A DNA stretch of 64,000 bases from Chrysomallon squamiferum (taxonomy: Eukaryota > Animalia > Mollusca). Under the pieces are notes generated by a model. The model did no database searches and was not told where the DNA came from. It saw only the letters and a list, made by a program, of their open reading frames with translations. Positions 11,413-25,908 of this stretch are shown here, in pieces (position 1 is the stretch's first letter; each line of letters opens with the position of its first letter). The position numbers were made by a program, and so were the translations under genes. The stretch covers positions 17,670,001-17,734,000 of the forward strand of contig CM022677.1 in assembly GCA_012295275.1 (NCBI GenBank), written 5' to 3'.

Positions 11413-12017
11413 ATAAAAATGCACTTTCCTTGAGAAATGTCCTGCCTTCTGAACAATATGCTGTTGCTATGGGAGATCCAGCAGCAGCAGCACCAAACAG
11501 TGTATATTTTCAAACTCCTGCTGCCTTTGCCTCCATTTCTTCTCAAGGTTATGCTAGAGACACCTACAGTGCAGAAAGATATATTAGGGGAGCCTACCCT
11601 ACTAGTGTTAACAGCAGGGGGGATAATTCTGATCAGCATGTCATGGAGGTCAAATCTGAATATTTTGTAAAGGGAAATAATTCTGTGGATCTGAACGAAC
11701 AGCAGCAACACGAGACTAATAATGACGTTTATGCAAGTGAAGAAAACTCTGTTGCAAGGGAAGATAACTCTGTTGCAAAGGAGGATAATTCTGTAGAGCT
11801 GCCCAGCAGCATTCAGCCAGCATCGTATGTTGCTGCTGCTGTAGCTGCAAGTGCCAGTGTCGGCCAGCAAGTTTTGTGCGACGGTGTTAAGGAAACGATT
11901 CACGTCACTTCTGCTACTGTCTTGGATCCAAGTCCTGCGTCTGAGGCTGTAAAAGAAACAGTTGGTGATCAGGTGATTCAAGCCAGTGTTTCCCCTGGCA
12001 ACGAAGGCAGAAAATGA
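11413..12017 (+). CDS. TCF12: Terminal coding exon, ~200-aa Ala/Ser/Val-rich C-terminal extension (DKNALSLRNVLPSEQY...SPGNEGRK*)
   Basis: cttttcag| acceptor is phase 1, compatible with donor 8649; 605-nt stop-free, GC-elevated frame in ~75% AT DNA; stop TGA at 12015-12017. No recognisable domain. Confidence 0.75.
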
Positions 12018-15000
12018 AAAGTGTGTTTATAGTGTATAAAAATTAAAATAAATCCATGACAAATTACTTGATTTTAAAAAAAACAAAAAGAAAAAAAGGA
12101 TAATTAATAAAACAAACATGGCCGACTGATAATATAAATTACTTGTTTGTAAAAAAAAAAAAAAAATAACACAAAAAAAAACACAAAAAAAAACAAAACA
12201 ATAAACACTTCAGTCTCCTTTGTGGCAAATGTGAAGACTTCTCAGAATTTCTTCCTTTGTTTGGTTTTTCTTCTTTGGTTGTTTTTTTTTTTTTTTTTTT
12301 TTTTTTCAATTGTTACAGTTAAACAGCTGATTTTTTTCTTTTTTTTTTTAAATTTTTGTTTTGACAAACAAACAAAATCAGCATTTATATTTTAGTGGTT
12401 GTAGGTTTTTACAACTGTTCTTAGTTTGGATTCAGTTACCAAACTATTTGTGTGTGTGTATTTAGTTTTTTTCTCTCTTTTTAACCATGGGTTTTATTTT
12501 ATTGCCTTATGTTAAACACAAACAAGATGCATTTGTGCAACATATTTGAGTTGGACAAGTAACAGAGTGCTTGTGAAATCAGTAGAACAGTTAAGAAAAT
12601 ATTTTGTTTTTGTTTTTGTTTTTCAGGACTTGTATTGGTTGTTGTTAAATATCATCACAGAAATTCATTTTTTTTTAAAAAACAAAACAAAAATAAAAAT
12701 CATTTCATTATCATCAAGACTTAATTTTTACCGGTCTTTTTATTAAAAACATCAGATTTATATTTGGATCACGTATTTAATTCTGTGCATGGCAAATTGT
12801 TGAGGATTTATGATTTCGATTCCAGATTAGCGATTAGTGTTAAAATAATTCTACAGAAATGAATTATTTGTAGAAGTGTTTCACAAATAAGATCAGTTAT
12901 TCAATGCATTATTCAATTTAATTATTCATGTATCAAATTTATTCGTCATAATTATGTATAAATTATGTTCAGCCTGAGTCTAATTATTTGTTTGTTTTTT
13001 TTTGTTTTTGTTGAATAATGAATTTCTTCTGTTTTCTTTTTTCTTTTCTTTTTTCCAAACCAAATCATGCCATCTCAAAGCTTGTTTTGTAGGAAAAACT
13101 GATATTTACAAGAACACTTTTTTTTTAAATAATTAATTTACATACATATATATATGTATTTCTTTTTAACTGACTTGTTTAAAAAAGTCAATAAATTTTA
13201 ATTAACTGTTAAATAGAAACTCACAAAATAAATAACATTTGATTTGTAAAGATATCTGGATCAAGCTGATGATTTTTGTTCTGCACAAATAAATTTCTAT
13301 GGCAGTCATTTATACTTAATAATAATATTGAATTTACGGTTAAAAACCAAAAATAGAAAACAGTTTATATTCATGTGTACAAAAGATTTTTATGATTTAT
13401 TTACAAAATAAAATTTTACCTTTTTAATTCATTTTGTTACATCATTGTTTGCAAGAATTTCATGTTTTAACAAAATTTAAATTTTGGTTTTGAAAAAACT
13501 TTTAACTCAAAAGACTTGAAAATAAACATTGATCTGATAGAAAAACAGGGTTAATATACTTCAGAAAGAAAAGTTTAGACTTTTGTAAAACAAAACAAAA
13601 AAGTAATTTAAAAACTTGAATTGTCCTAGGACATGAAATAAAAATTTCAATTCATAAATTGAATGTAATACGTGCTCAAATAAAAAATGTGTGCATTATT
13701 TTGTAAAATATCTGACAAAAATTATTTTTGTTTATCTCGTTTTTGTTAGGTCAGACCTATTATGAAAATAATTTTAATAATATCCCAGTTCTGTGTTTGT
13801 GTTCATTTTTAAGAATATATTTTATGCATATCCATGCACTATTTTGTCACAGTTTGGTGCATTTAATTTGGTTTTTAATAACAATAATTGTTCAGATCTG
13901 GGTTTCTAGACAAATACTGGTTTGTTATGTAGCATTATTAATGTCATCATGAATTTAGAATTTGTTGATAAGAAAGTAGTTTTTTGTTTTCTTATGAAGA
14001 TTTATGAATTTGATGCAAGTTTCAGTGATAAAAGTTAGTAATGCACTTGTTATTGTTACAGGAAAATAAAAAAAAATTTGTTTGACAATGAGCTTCCACA
14101 TACAGACTGAATTCCCTGGTATGATCATTTTCGTTTTGTTCTGAAGTTGAAAAAAATTTAATAAACATATACAAAACACATCTGAAATTTGAATCTCTTC
14201 GTAAAATATCCTTTCTCCACAGAAAATTATTATTATATATTTTATGTTTTTTTTTTTTTTAAGGAATTTTTTCTGAACCTATTAAAAAAGTTTCTCTATA
14301 CATGATGGAAAAGATGGCAGTTTAGTCTAAAATAATTCTACAGAGGGAAAAAATTTAAAAATTTAAAAATTGATTGTGAAATAAAACAAATAAAGGAAAA
14401 AAAAAGAAAAGAAAGAAAGAAAGAAGTATAATTATGCCTTTAAACTGGTGTTTGTGAACTTAAATGTGTTATCATCATAAGCCATAATAACAGGTACTGA
14501 AACTTCTCCATATTTATTTCTTCTTAACCTACTAAACTAATTTGTTCTTAAAAAAAAAAAAAAAAATGTATTCCACCACTCATTGTATTCATTCACAAAT
14601 ATTCATTGTTAATATTAAAAGTTAACTATAAAATACTGGTTTTTAATTTCATGTTTTGCACATATCTAGGAACTGTGTTCAAACCCAATATTTTGGTTTT
14701 GTCTTATCATCACTATTAACACTATTATTATTACTGTTGTTGTTATTATTATTTTTATTTTTATTATTATTATTACTATATTTATATTATTTTATTCTTT
14801 ATTATTAAAGATTTTATTTTTATTATTATTATTTTTTTTAATTCATTACCAATATCATTAAATTAAACATTATCTCAAAGTATATATTTGCATATATTTA
14901 TGGCTTCTTCCATTTTATATATTAGAGAAATTATTGTCTATTTTTGGTAACAAATTAAAAGGAATCATAACCTGTATGGATTAGTTTTTATTAAAGAAGA

Positions 15001-17221
15001 TTGATTGTATGGACATTTTATTCAGTTTGTGGCCAAGAATGAGTCGTTTGTAAATATATCTGTGGTCCCTAAAACTATGAAATTCAAAATATGAAATTGC
15101 AAATTACTTAGGAATGGTAAGTTAGAAATTATAATTCACCAGATTATCATGTTTTTTTGTTTTTATATTTTTTTATATATATATATATATATATAAAGAA
15201 ATCAATTAAAATAGAAAAAGAATAGTTAAAAATGTACATCATATTTTAATCTCAAAATTTTAACAATTTGAGAAAATAAATGTTGATAAAGTATGCATGT
15301 AGATATTTTAATCAGAAGAACTATTATTCATATTAAGATAAAAAAAAAAAAAAAGCGAAGATTTTGTTCTGTTAGTAATAATGATTTTATTAATTTGAGC
15401 AACTGAAACTTACATTATTATCAATAAAGGTTCTGTTGTAAAGATTGTTAAAAGTCGTATTATTTTTAATAAAGATTTTTTTCAATACAGTGTTCATTCA
15501 CTGAGAAAATGTGATTTTATATTTTGAATTCTCAAGTTTCCGAGGTGATTAAAAACAACTTTGTGGCCACAACAGACAAGACCATAGCTTGTTTGTACGT
15601 GTATATTCTACAAAAAAATTTGATTAAATTACCGAATGCCTTGAAGTTATTTTTCTTTGACTTGTATTTAGAAAATAAACTGCCATAATAGTCTTCTGTT
15701 ACCAGTGTTTTTTTTTCTGTAGTTCCACTCCTGTTACTAGTTATTGTTTCCTATGGAACACGTGCATTAAGTATTTTCATACCCCTTGCTCAGATAAATG
15801 TGTGTTCATGTTATGAGATGGCTGACTTATTTTCTGTACAAGTGACCACGTATGACTTTGAAAAAATACTTTGGTTTCCAGGGATGCATCTAAAGTGGAA
15901 TCTCTTCATAAAATATTATTTCTCCACAGAAAAGTATTATTGCTTTCGTTGTGCCTTTTCTAAAATTATTTTTAATTATAAAATGTTTGTTTAGGCTACA
16001 TCAAGTGATCAGTTTATCAGATAACCTCAATTATCCTAAAAGAAAATAATTTTGATATCAAGTGATCAGTTCTGATGTAACTTACAGTTATTGCTGTATT
16101 TAGTAATTAAGTAAAAGTTGATTATAAACATAATGCTTTGGTTCAGAGTCTTATTGCAAAAACACTTATTATTCTTTCATTACCTGTTCTAACAAATGAA
16201 ACTACTATATATAGAAATGCCAAATAAAGCTTAATTTTATCAATCAATAACTTAAATGAAGATAACAAAATCTATTGCTTGTTATTGTTCTTCCTGTGTA
16301 TTGCTTGGTATGTTGTTAATAAAAACCCAATTGAAGATAATTTCAAGAATTTCTTTTATTTATCTGAGTGAGGGGCCAACATTTAGACATTTTGATTAGT
16401 TCATTTTCTTTTTAAAACTTTAGTTCTCTTTCATATATTTTTTTGTTTATTATTTTTTTTTTTTTTTTTTTCCTCTCTGTTTAAGACTACATTGTATAAA
16501 AATAAAAACTATTCATGTTAACCACAGTTCTGTTGTGTGGATACTGTTGAAACAAGCTCAAAAGTTTCATGCCAGTCTTCAGGGTTGGAGCTCACATTCA
16601 TTTTATTATTATTACAAAGACCTTATAATCATTGTTATGTTTTTTAAAACAATAAATAAATAATAATTAATATAAAAATTTATACAATACTAAACACAGT
16701 ATAAATAGTTTTAAAAAAAAAAAGAAATTATTATGCTATTTATTTTTAAAATGTTTTAAATTTGTTTCTCTATTTGTTTGAATAATAGTTGGTAAACGAA
16801 ATTTTTAAATTGTAACAAAAATCGTTGACATTGTTTTTTTTTTTTTTTTTTTTAAATTCATTTATTTATTATGTTTTGGTTTTGCTTATACGTTTTCAAG
16901 AGCTCGTTGATTTTAAAGTAAACTATTATTTATACTGCATTTGTGAATATCATGAACTTTTGAGCTTGCTTCATTCTTTTACTGCTTTTGTATGCAATTA
17001 ATAACTTTAGTGTTATAACCAAATAGTAAAGGGAGACAATTGTATAGCATTTCCTGTAACGGGAAATAACTCTGTTAAGCGTGTTCTTAATCATAATGTT
17101 AATGTACGATAAAGACTGCCTTGGCCTGTCTCCTGTACATAATAATAATAATTAGTCCAACTTGTCACGAAATAAATGTGTCCTTTGTAGACTTGAAGTG
17201 TTTTGGTTTTCTTTTTCATTT

Positions 17222-17260
<39 letters not shown>

Positions 17261-17424
17261 TTATTATTTTCTTATTTTTATTTTTAAATTTTATTCTCTA
17301 TTATTTAAAGACAGCATGATGTTTCTTTAGGTTTTGTAATTTTTTTTTTTTTTTTTTTTTAAATTTATTACGTTGGTTATATTTTCTTATTATTATTATT
17401 ATTATTTTTATTCTTATTATTCCG

Positions 17425-17463
<39 letters not shown>

Positions 17464-17793
17464 ATTGTATAAAGAAGAAAATATAAAACGACAATGCCTA
17501 TTTATTCATAAATGGACTTCAGTAAAAGTTAACTTTCTTAATTTGAATAAAAAGGATTTAATAGAACATACAAACGCAAAGGTATCAACATTAATCACTA
17601 TTTGAATTCATAATCTGCATAGTTAAGACTGCACTGCTTTTTAAATTCCAGTATGTCTAAGTATCAGATTATTTTTCTCTGTTAATTCATCCATAACAAT
17701 TCAGTTACAAACTAACCCGTTTATCTTACTGACGATTGATCGATTATCGTTTTATGCTCGGAAAAACTAATAATAAAAAAAAGTAATAACTGC

Positions 17794-17827
<34 letters not shown>

Positions 17828-18225
17828 AAAAACGAGACTACAGTTGTCTATTAACTTCTGAAGTTTCCAGAGCAATCAGAATTCCATTTCCTCCCCATTT
17901 CCCCTGATTTTCGCATCATCATTTCATAAATATCTGTTAATGACAAAATGAACAAGCGTATGTTTTGTGAAAATATGACTAAAGATTAGTCAGACGATTC
18001 AATCGATACAGTTATCAGTTATAATAATTTCCCTGGGTTAGTAATACTGTAAACAGCGTCCGTCATAATGATGTCGACGATGTTGTAAGTTTTGTAATAA
18101 TAAGAAGAAGAAGAAAAAGAAGCACGACAAGATGAACGACAACTACAACAACAACCCTTGTAATGAATTAATACGCGTAATTTTTTAAATTTATTTTATT
18201 ATTATTTTTATTTTTATTTTTTTTT

Positions 18226-18271
<46 letters not shown>

Positions 18272-19200
18272 GTTATTATTATTTATTATTTTTATTATTT
18301 ATTTATTTATTTTTATTATTATTATTATTATTATCATCATTTATTTATTTATTTATTTATTTCTATTTATTTTTTTACCGTCATAAAGGAACAAACTTTA
18401 ATAACAATTATTATAACATAAAAATTCAATTTTACAATATACCTTCCATTTGCATCGTCAGAATGATACTGCAAACTAATGTACGCACACACTGCACACG
18501 ATTGAGACAGAGTGAAAGACAGACGAAAAGAGAGCGTGAATAACTTCGGTAAAAATGCCTGATGCCGAAGCGCTCAACAACAATTTCATACAATGCGCAC
18601 GCACTAAATGTAACATAAAAATATAATAAATAACCATAGAAAACATTTATTACGCTTGCTTTGCATAAACTGATTCATCGGTATCAAAAATCAATGGCTA
18701 ACAATGCTTAACCATTACTAACAAGAACAACTTCAACAACAACAACAACTTTACGCAGCGGAAGCAGAAAGAGCAAATATAAAAAAAAAAAAGTCATAAA
18801 ATTCGGAATAAAAGGATTACGACAATTAAATTCCTTTCTGACAACTCGTTTTCTTCTAAACGATTTTGTCCGTTGATCGATACACAAGGAAAAATAACTG
18901 ACAGACATTTTAAACTTCATCACCGTCTAGACCATTAGACTGGTACCTGGCTTGAAATAATAAATTACCTTTTTACACGATTTATTAATAAAATTACATT
19001 TAATTACATTCCGTGAACCGTTAAATGCGCGGAGAGAAATAAATTATATTGCACGCGACTTCTGTTGTTAGACGTAACAACTTAGCGATTTTTTTTTTTT
19101 TTTATTATTCATTATTACATTTTCTACAAATGAATTATTGACTGCACTATCTTTTAATTAATTTATGAGGAAAGTAGCTGACAGTAATTATATCGATTAA

Positions 19201-19254
<54 letters not shown>

Positions 19255-19504
19255 TAATAATAATAATAATAATAGCAATGTAATAAACATTAAAATAATC
19301 GAGAAAAACCAGGGTTAGCTCTCACACAATTTAGGATATATAGGAACATTTAGGATTTGGCGATACCCACCTCCATTGAAGGTATCAATTTTAATATTAT
19401 TTTTCCCCTTTCTTCACAAAATTCTGACACTGGTGTACATAGACTTTCAATATTAAAACACACATTACGTACGATTAAAAATTTTGCATTTAATTACATT
19501 TAAT

Positions 19505-19590
<86 letters not shown>

Positions 19591-20049
19591 GTACGCACAC
19601 ACACACACAGGAATGTTGCAACAAAATATATGCACAGAGTCTGCTACATTTTTTAAACTGAAAGTGGCAAATGAAAACGAACGCGCCCAAATACTTTACT
19701 GAAATGATTCATGATGTTTTCAATTCCCTTTCTCAACGTCATTGCTAGTGTCTGAACTAAACCGGTTATCAGTTAGATAGTGACGTAAACTGAATAAATC
19801 AAAGAGTGTTATTATTTTACTGTGACACACTGGATAGATATTTGCAACTTTTAAACTTACATTTAATTATTATTTTCATAAATATAAATGAAATTTAAGG
19901 CTTATCAGTGCATCTGTTTCTAACATAAACATTTTTTATAATGAAAAAAAAAAAAAATGGATGTACAAAACATCAACTGTACATAATTATATATTTTACG
20001 TGCGCAAAGTACATTTAAAAAAGAAAAAGAAATCACAGTAATTTTAATA

Positions 20050-20720
20050 ATAAAAATAATAAGTAGTAGTAGTAGTAAAACAATAGGAGGAATAGGAGTA
20101 TTGAATAATAGCAATAGTGTAGCTATATTACAACTAGTAATAGCTGTAACAATAATGTAACTAATACTGGTAGTAATAGTAGTACCAATAATATAGCAGT
20201 AATACTAGCAGTAACAGTAGTAGCAATAGTAGTAGCAATAATGTAACAGTAATACTAGCAAGATAATAGTCAATGATATAACTAATAATAGTAGTAATAG
20301 TAGTAGCAATAATATAACTAATACTAGGAGCAGTAGTAATAGCAATAATAATAGTAGTAATATAACAGTAATATAACAGTAATACTAACAGAAGCAAACA
20401 ATATAAAAGTAAGTTTAGTAGTAATATTAGCAGAAGAAAAAATGTAATTAATATTAGTAGTAATACTAACAGGAGAAAAAGTTTAACAGTAACTTTAGTA
20501 GTAATACAAGCAGAAGAAAAATGTAACTAATATTAGTAGTAATACTAACTGAAGAAAAAATTTAACAGCAATATTAGTAGTAATAGTAGTTAGCTATAAA
20601 ATAGCGGTAATACTAGTAGTAATAGTTGTTAGCGCAAAATAATAATAGTTGAAGAAATAATACAACAGTAATAGTAGTAATAGGAGCAATGTATCAGTAT
20701 ACTAGCTGCACTAATAAAAC
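20050..20720. repeat. Degenerate (AGT/AAT)n low-complexity intergenic tract
   Basis: Runs of agtaatagtagt with internal ~60-bp reiterations. Confidence 0.85.
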
Positions 20721-21750
20721 TATAATAACAGTAGTAGTTGGTTGGTGGTGGTAGCTTACAGAATTGGAAAGTGATGTCAGAAATCGATACCAGTAGCATT
20801 TGTAATAACAGGGGTAATAACATTTGAATGTTCAGTATGTGTAAATTTAAAACAAGCTGATAAAGCAGTGAATGACCTCCTTTTATAATAATTTATTTTT
20901 AAAAATAAACGTTATAAATATATTAGGCATATTATCGACTTACTACGAATAAAAATAATAATAGTCATGAAGATGAGAGTTGTTATGGCGGATTCAATAA
21001 TATTTAAAACAAATAAATAAATAAATAAATAAATACAATAATAATAATATATTGTTATAGCTGCTGCCAGTGCTGCTACTGCTACGTCGACAATTATTAC
21101 AGCTGCACCTTCCTATTAATAATAATCAGAGCCGTATTAGTTGTTACAACAGACTGAAACGAGGATGAAACTATAGACCTGTCGTTGTTAGTTTGGGAGG
21201 AAAACGAAAGTGTCCGAAAGGTCCCGAAATTTACGAAAGAGCTGGGTTAATACTATTACAGTTACAACTATTGTTTACAATAACAGTAACTGAATATAAT
21301 AACAAACAACAACAAAAGCACAACAACAACAACAACAATAATAGTAGTAGCAGTAGTAGTAGTGGTAATAGTAGTAGTAGTAGTGGATATATATGTATAG
21401 AAATGTGCTGCCATTTATACAGTTTATTATAATAATGAAACAGTAAAACATTATCTTGGTTTCAGTATAAATTCTGTATCATTTTATTGCGATGTCTTTA
21501 TGTTAACATAACATAACCAAAGACTATCTCTATAGTCATGATACAGAGTTATGATTCACCGCGAATTGGCTGCATTCAAAATGTAAATCAAATCCGCGTT
21601 TATTTGCTGGCGTGAACGAAAGAAGACCTGTCAGTTTTAAAATAGTAATTACTTAAATAAGGGTTTTTCTCTTGTAACAAAATTACCGACAAATCAATTT
21701 AACATAATGAAAAGGTTCTTCTCGTGCATGGCTGTGAAGCGAACGGAGAG

Positions 21751-21795
21751 GGGGTATAAAAGAGACAATATCGTCCGGTAATCAATACCGTTCAA
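21751..21795 (+). promoter_or_regulatory. MCC core promoter: TATA box and probable start region
   Basis: GGGGTATAAAAG (TATAAAA 21755-21761) ~200 nt upstream of the ATG, within a CpG-retaining region; TCA Inr-like sequence about 30 nt downstream. Confidence 0.6.
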
Positions 21796-21953
21796 CAGAC
21801 GTCCGTCGGCTAATTATAACTCGTTGAAGGTAGCTAGCATCGTGTAGCGACTTCTGCTCAAGTTGTTTTTGTTACTCCACTTTTAACAGGCACCCTAGCA
21901 TTTGGGACAAAAGTTTTTCGTTTTAAGTTGTGAACGATGATATTCACGACGTC

Positions 21954-22105
21954 ATGGATTCCATACCTAAGACGGCTACGAGGATTATAAAGTCTACAAA
22001 GACGGACAGTAGTAGTGCTAGCGATTCGAGTAGTACAAGCGAAGAAGAACGCTTGAGAAGATTGTTTCAAAATTGTGACGCTGACGGAGATGGTTTTCTC
22101 GATGG
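21954..22105 (+). CDS. MCC: MCC (colorectal mutant cancer protein) coding exon 1: MDSIPK...SDSSSTSEEERLRRLFQNCDADGDGFLDG (EF-hand 1)
   Basis: gtcATGG start and gg|gtaagc donor (phase 2); resembles the recalled human MCC long-isoform segment SDTSSTGEEERMRRLFQTCDGDGDGYIS. Confidence 0.9.
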
Positions 22106-23955
22106 GTAAGCTAGTAGGAAAAAGACCCCACTTCTATAAATTTGCAATTTAAAACGTAAATATTCTAACGTTTATTTTTATTAGTTTCGAAGTAATGCAT
22201 GATAAATAATAGCAACATAATTAATTTTTAAAACTATTGAGTAAATAGCAGACGATTATGATGTTTTCTTTCACGTGCCTTTACCACAACAAAAATGAAA
22301 GTTCAGGGGTCGCCTCAAAACATTAAAAATGAATGAAACGTCAGGTATGGACAAAGGTATAAGCTTATATTTTCTGATATAATCATTGTATCGACTATTT
22401 AGTAACTTGATTAAAATGAGTGGGTTGTGGACCTCTAGAAATAATATGACAAAAAACAACAAAGCAAATGACATGGAAAGAAAGACGACAAAACAATACA
22501 AAATAACATTAAAAGTTACATAATATTAATAATAATAAATGCAAGTTGTTATATATACGTCTAAATATTTTACTTAGTTTCATATCTGTTTTAACCTTCG
22601 CAGTATATCTTATCATTGACAAACCACTTCTATAAACAGAGTAGATTTATCTACAAAGTCAAAATATTGTGTAAATTATCTGTGACATCATTGTTTATAA
22701 ATTATAGTGACAACTATACATGGTATAGCTTATCTATGAAAACTGTCTAGACTGTGTTAATTAAAAGTGATGCAAGATTTTTGTCTCTGACTGTTTCCAT
22801 TAATATTTTTGTGAAAAAGAAATGCTTCATTCTGTTACACTAAAAGCCAAAGAAATGGTAAACATATATAGCTTAAGGAAATAGAAAAACATATAAACAG
22901 GCAAACATAGAATTTTTACTGAACAGACACATGCTCACATAGACAAATATCAGCATTTATACATATTCCCCAAAATACTCATATAATGCACATGCAAATA
23001 TATTCAGAAACACAAAACATACAAACATACACAAAAAAAAAATCCTGAAAAATATTCAAAGGCAGGTGATCAGGAAAATATGGAGAATAAAGACAAAGAC
23101 ACACACAAACGAGACATACATATTCAAGTTTACAAATGTAGATAACAAAAAATTGGAAGTAAAGACACACGTAAATCACAGGATAGGCAGACAGACAGAC
23201 ACAGACACACAGACACAAACACAACACCCACTGTTAAATATACACTCAAATATTAATTTAATAAACACTGTCAATGGATTTTTACAAAATATATAGGAAT
23301 TGCAACAACTACTACGTGTTTACATTGTCAGAATTCAGGCTAAATATCACAAAGTCTGTTGATCTATTATTAATAGTACCTGCTTCAGTCTGGCATTTTT
23401 ATGTCTAATAAAAAACATTCCAAGCCTAATTACAATAATACGCTGAGAGTGCCAAGTCACAGTGTAAATGTTGTATATTATCTCACATACTGTGTTATAT
23501 TTTCATTTATTTACCCTGGAGAATTACAGCTTGTGTGAAATATTTCTTGTAAAGATTTATAAAACAGAAAAAAAGAAATGTAGTCTGAAATGCAATTTTT
23601 CTGAATGTGTGTGTGAATGAGATTTTAATTTACAATTTTGAGATTATTTTTGCATAATTAACTCCTGCTTTATAGTCATTATTTAACTGTCTTCACAAAC
23701 ATTCTAATACCAAGAAAGGCCACTATAATTATATATAAGTATGTATAATTATTTGTTTATTGTAGTTAATAAAAGTTTCTATCATTTCTCAACTGTCTCA
23801 GTATCAACAAACAATGGTTGGTTTTAGCTATCTAATAGTAAGCTATCCATTTCACTTTTTATTTCTTTCACATTCTCTTTTCACTCTCTTATTCAGTCTT
23901 TCAGATTTTCTTTTCCTCTGTCATTCTTTCACTTTCTCTTTATATCTCTTTCATT

Positions 23956-24010
<55 letters not shown>

Positions 24011-24448
24011 CTTTTCTTTTCTTCTCATCATCTTTTGTTTCTAGTCATCTTACCTTACAAGACTTTAAAATGTTTCAAAGACTAGAAAGATGTTAGGAAC
24101 GGGACGACTTAATTTGTTGCATGAGTGCTAACTATTACAGTGATTCATCGTGTCTTCAGTTACACTACATTCTTAGTTATCACCGCGACAGCTGAGTACA
24201 GCTGTTTTCTTATGTACATTAATCTCTTGAAGTCACTCGACTGCTTCCAGATTAACTTCAAAAATGCGATTTTAATCTAAAAAAATAGGTATAATATATA
24301 TATGTATGTATGCATGAAATATAAAAGGAGAAGAGAGTATATACTGATCTTGGTGAGGAGAATTCTTACTCTTATTTTGTGAAGTTAATCACTCTTTCCA
24401 TGTCTGCATCTCTCTCATTATGGGCTCAAGTCAAAGCATTTATACATG

Positions 24449-24488
<40 letters not shown>

Positions 24489-24529
24489 TAAAACAGAGAG
24501 TTGTGTATGAGGGATGAAAAGAGACCAAT

Positions 24530-24564
<35 letters not shown>

Positions 24565-25212
24565 TGTATTTGTAAATTTATATTTATTTTATATTTTTCA
24601 TTTTACTTCTATAGTTTTGTTGTATTTCTAAATCAATCTTGCATGTACACACACACACACAAACAATATACAAAACACATGTGCAATGCGCACATTTTAT
24701 ATTTATGACATTATCTGCAGCTTATATTTTATTTATATTAACCCATTGATAAATGCAACTGTCCCATGTGATTCTTGTTTCGACCAATCAAACGAAAGCT
24801 CCTGCTTCACAAGACTGAAAGCTTATAGGGTTGTTTTTCCCTTTCAGCAGCTGCCTTAATTGAGCCAACTCATTAATCATTTTAACTACATTCTGTTACA
24901 GATCATTACAGAGATGCAACGTTTTAGCATCTCTATCTTTTTCTCATTCTCATTCTTATTATTTTTAATTCCCTCTATCTCTCTATGTTGTGTATTTCTA
25001 ACTAGTATCTGTTATCTTTGATCATCTTTATTGTAGCATTCTTTCTCTTTTCATTTTGTCTCACTATCTCTTGAGTTTCTGTCTCTCTTATCAGTCTTCC
25101 TAGATCACTGTCTCTATTGCTGTTTTTTGTCTGTATGTAAATATTGCTTTGCTATAAATATATTTCTCTGTTTCTTTTCTCTTTTTTGCTGTCTTCCTAA
25201 CACTATCTGTAT

Positions 25213-25327
<115 letters not shown>

Positions 25328-25869
25328 TGTGTATATCTAACTTGTATTGTTATCTCTGATCATCTTTATTGTAGTATTCTTTCTCTTTTCATTTTGTCTT
25401 ACTGTTTCTTCAGTTTCTGTCACTCTTATCAGCCTTTCTTTATCACTGCCTCTGTTTTTCGTTCTCTCTCTTTCTCTGATTCTCACCTCTCTTCCTCTCA
25501 TACCTTCGAAAATATTTCTGTCTGTTTATCTCTTTCCATATCTCAGACAGGGAGGAGAACAGACATTCCCATGTAAGACAATAGGTGAAACTTTCACTCT
25601 TTGGTTTTGCTGGATTGTATTTTAGATGTGTGTGGAATTTGTTGACATTACAGAATGTTACACCTGGTTTGCAGTACATACATTCATTTACATGATAATT
25701 TAACATACATCCATCATATGCATAACTTATGTAGCAAATATTTTTGTTTTGTTTAATTTTTTCCACTTAAATGTAATTTTGAGGTTGAGTTAGATTTCTT
25801 AAAATAACTGATCTTTTGAATAATTTGTGCTCTGGTATTATCAGAATTTATGCATATTATTTATTTATT

Positions 25870-25908
<39 letters not shown>

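Larger units (their letters stand above)
2234..12017 (+). other. TCF12: E-protein (class I bHLH, daughterless/TCF3/TCF4/TCF12 family) gene, 3' portion; 5' exons lie upstream of the window
   Basis: Phase-compatible GT-AG exons assemble to ...[32 protein letters not shown]...[24 protein letters not shown], the diagnostic E-protein bHLH plus C-domain. The symbol is a family label; one-to-one orthology to a single vertebrate paralogue is not implied. Confidence 0.95.

Noticed and set aside
11409-11981. 190-aa minus-strand ORF
   Set aside because: Antisense shadow of the + strand tail exon; no recognisable protein features.
12018-17200. Exact 3' end of the E-protein mRNA
   Set aside because: AATAAA is too frequent in this AT-rich DNA to assign a polyadenylation site.
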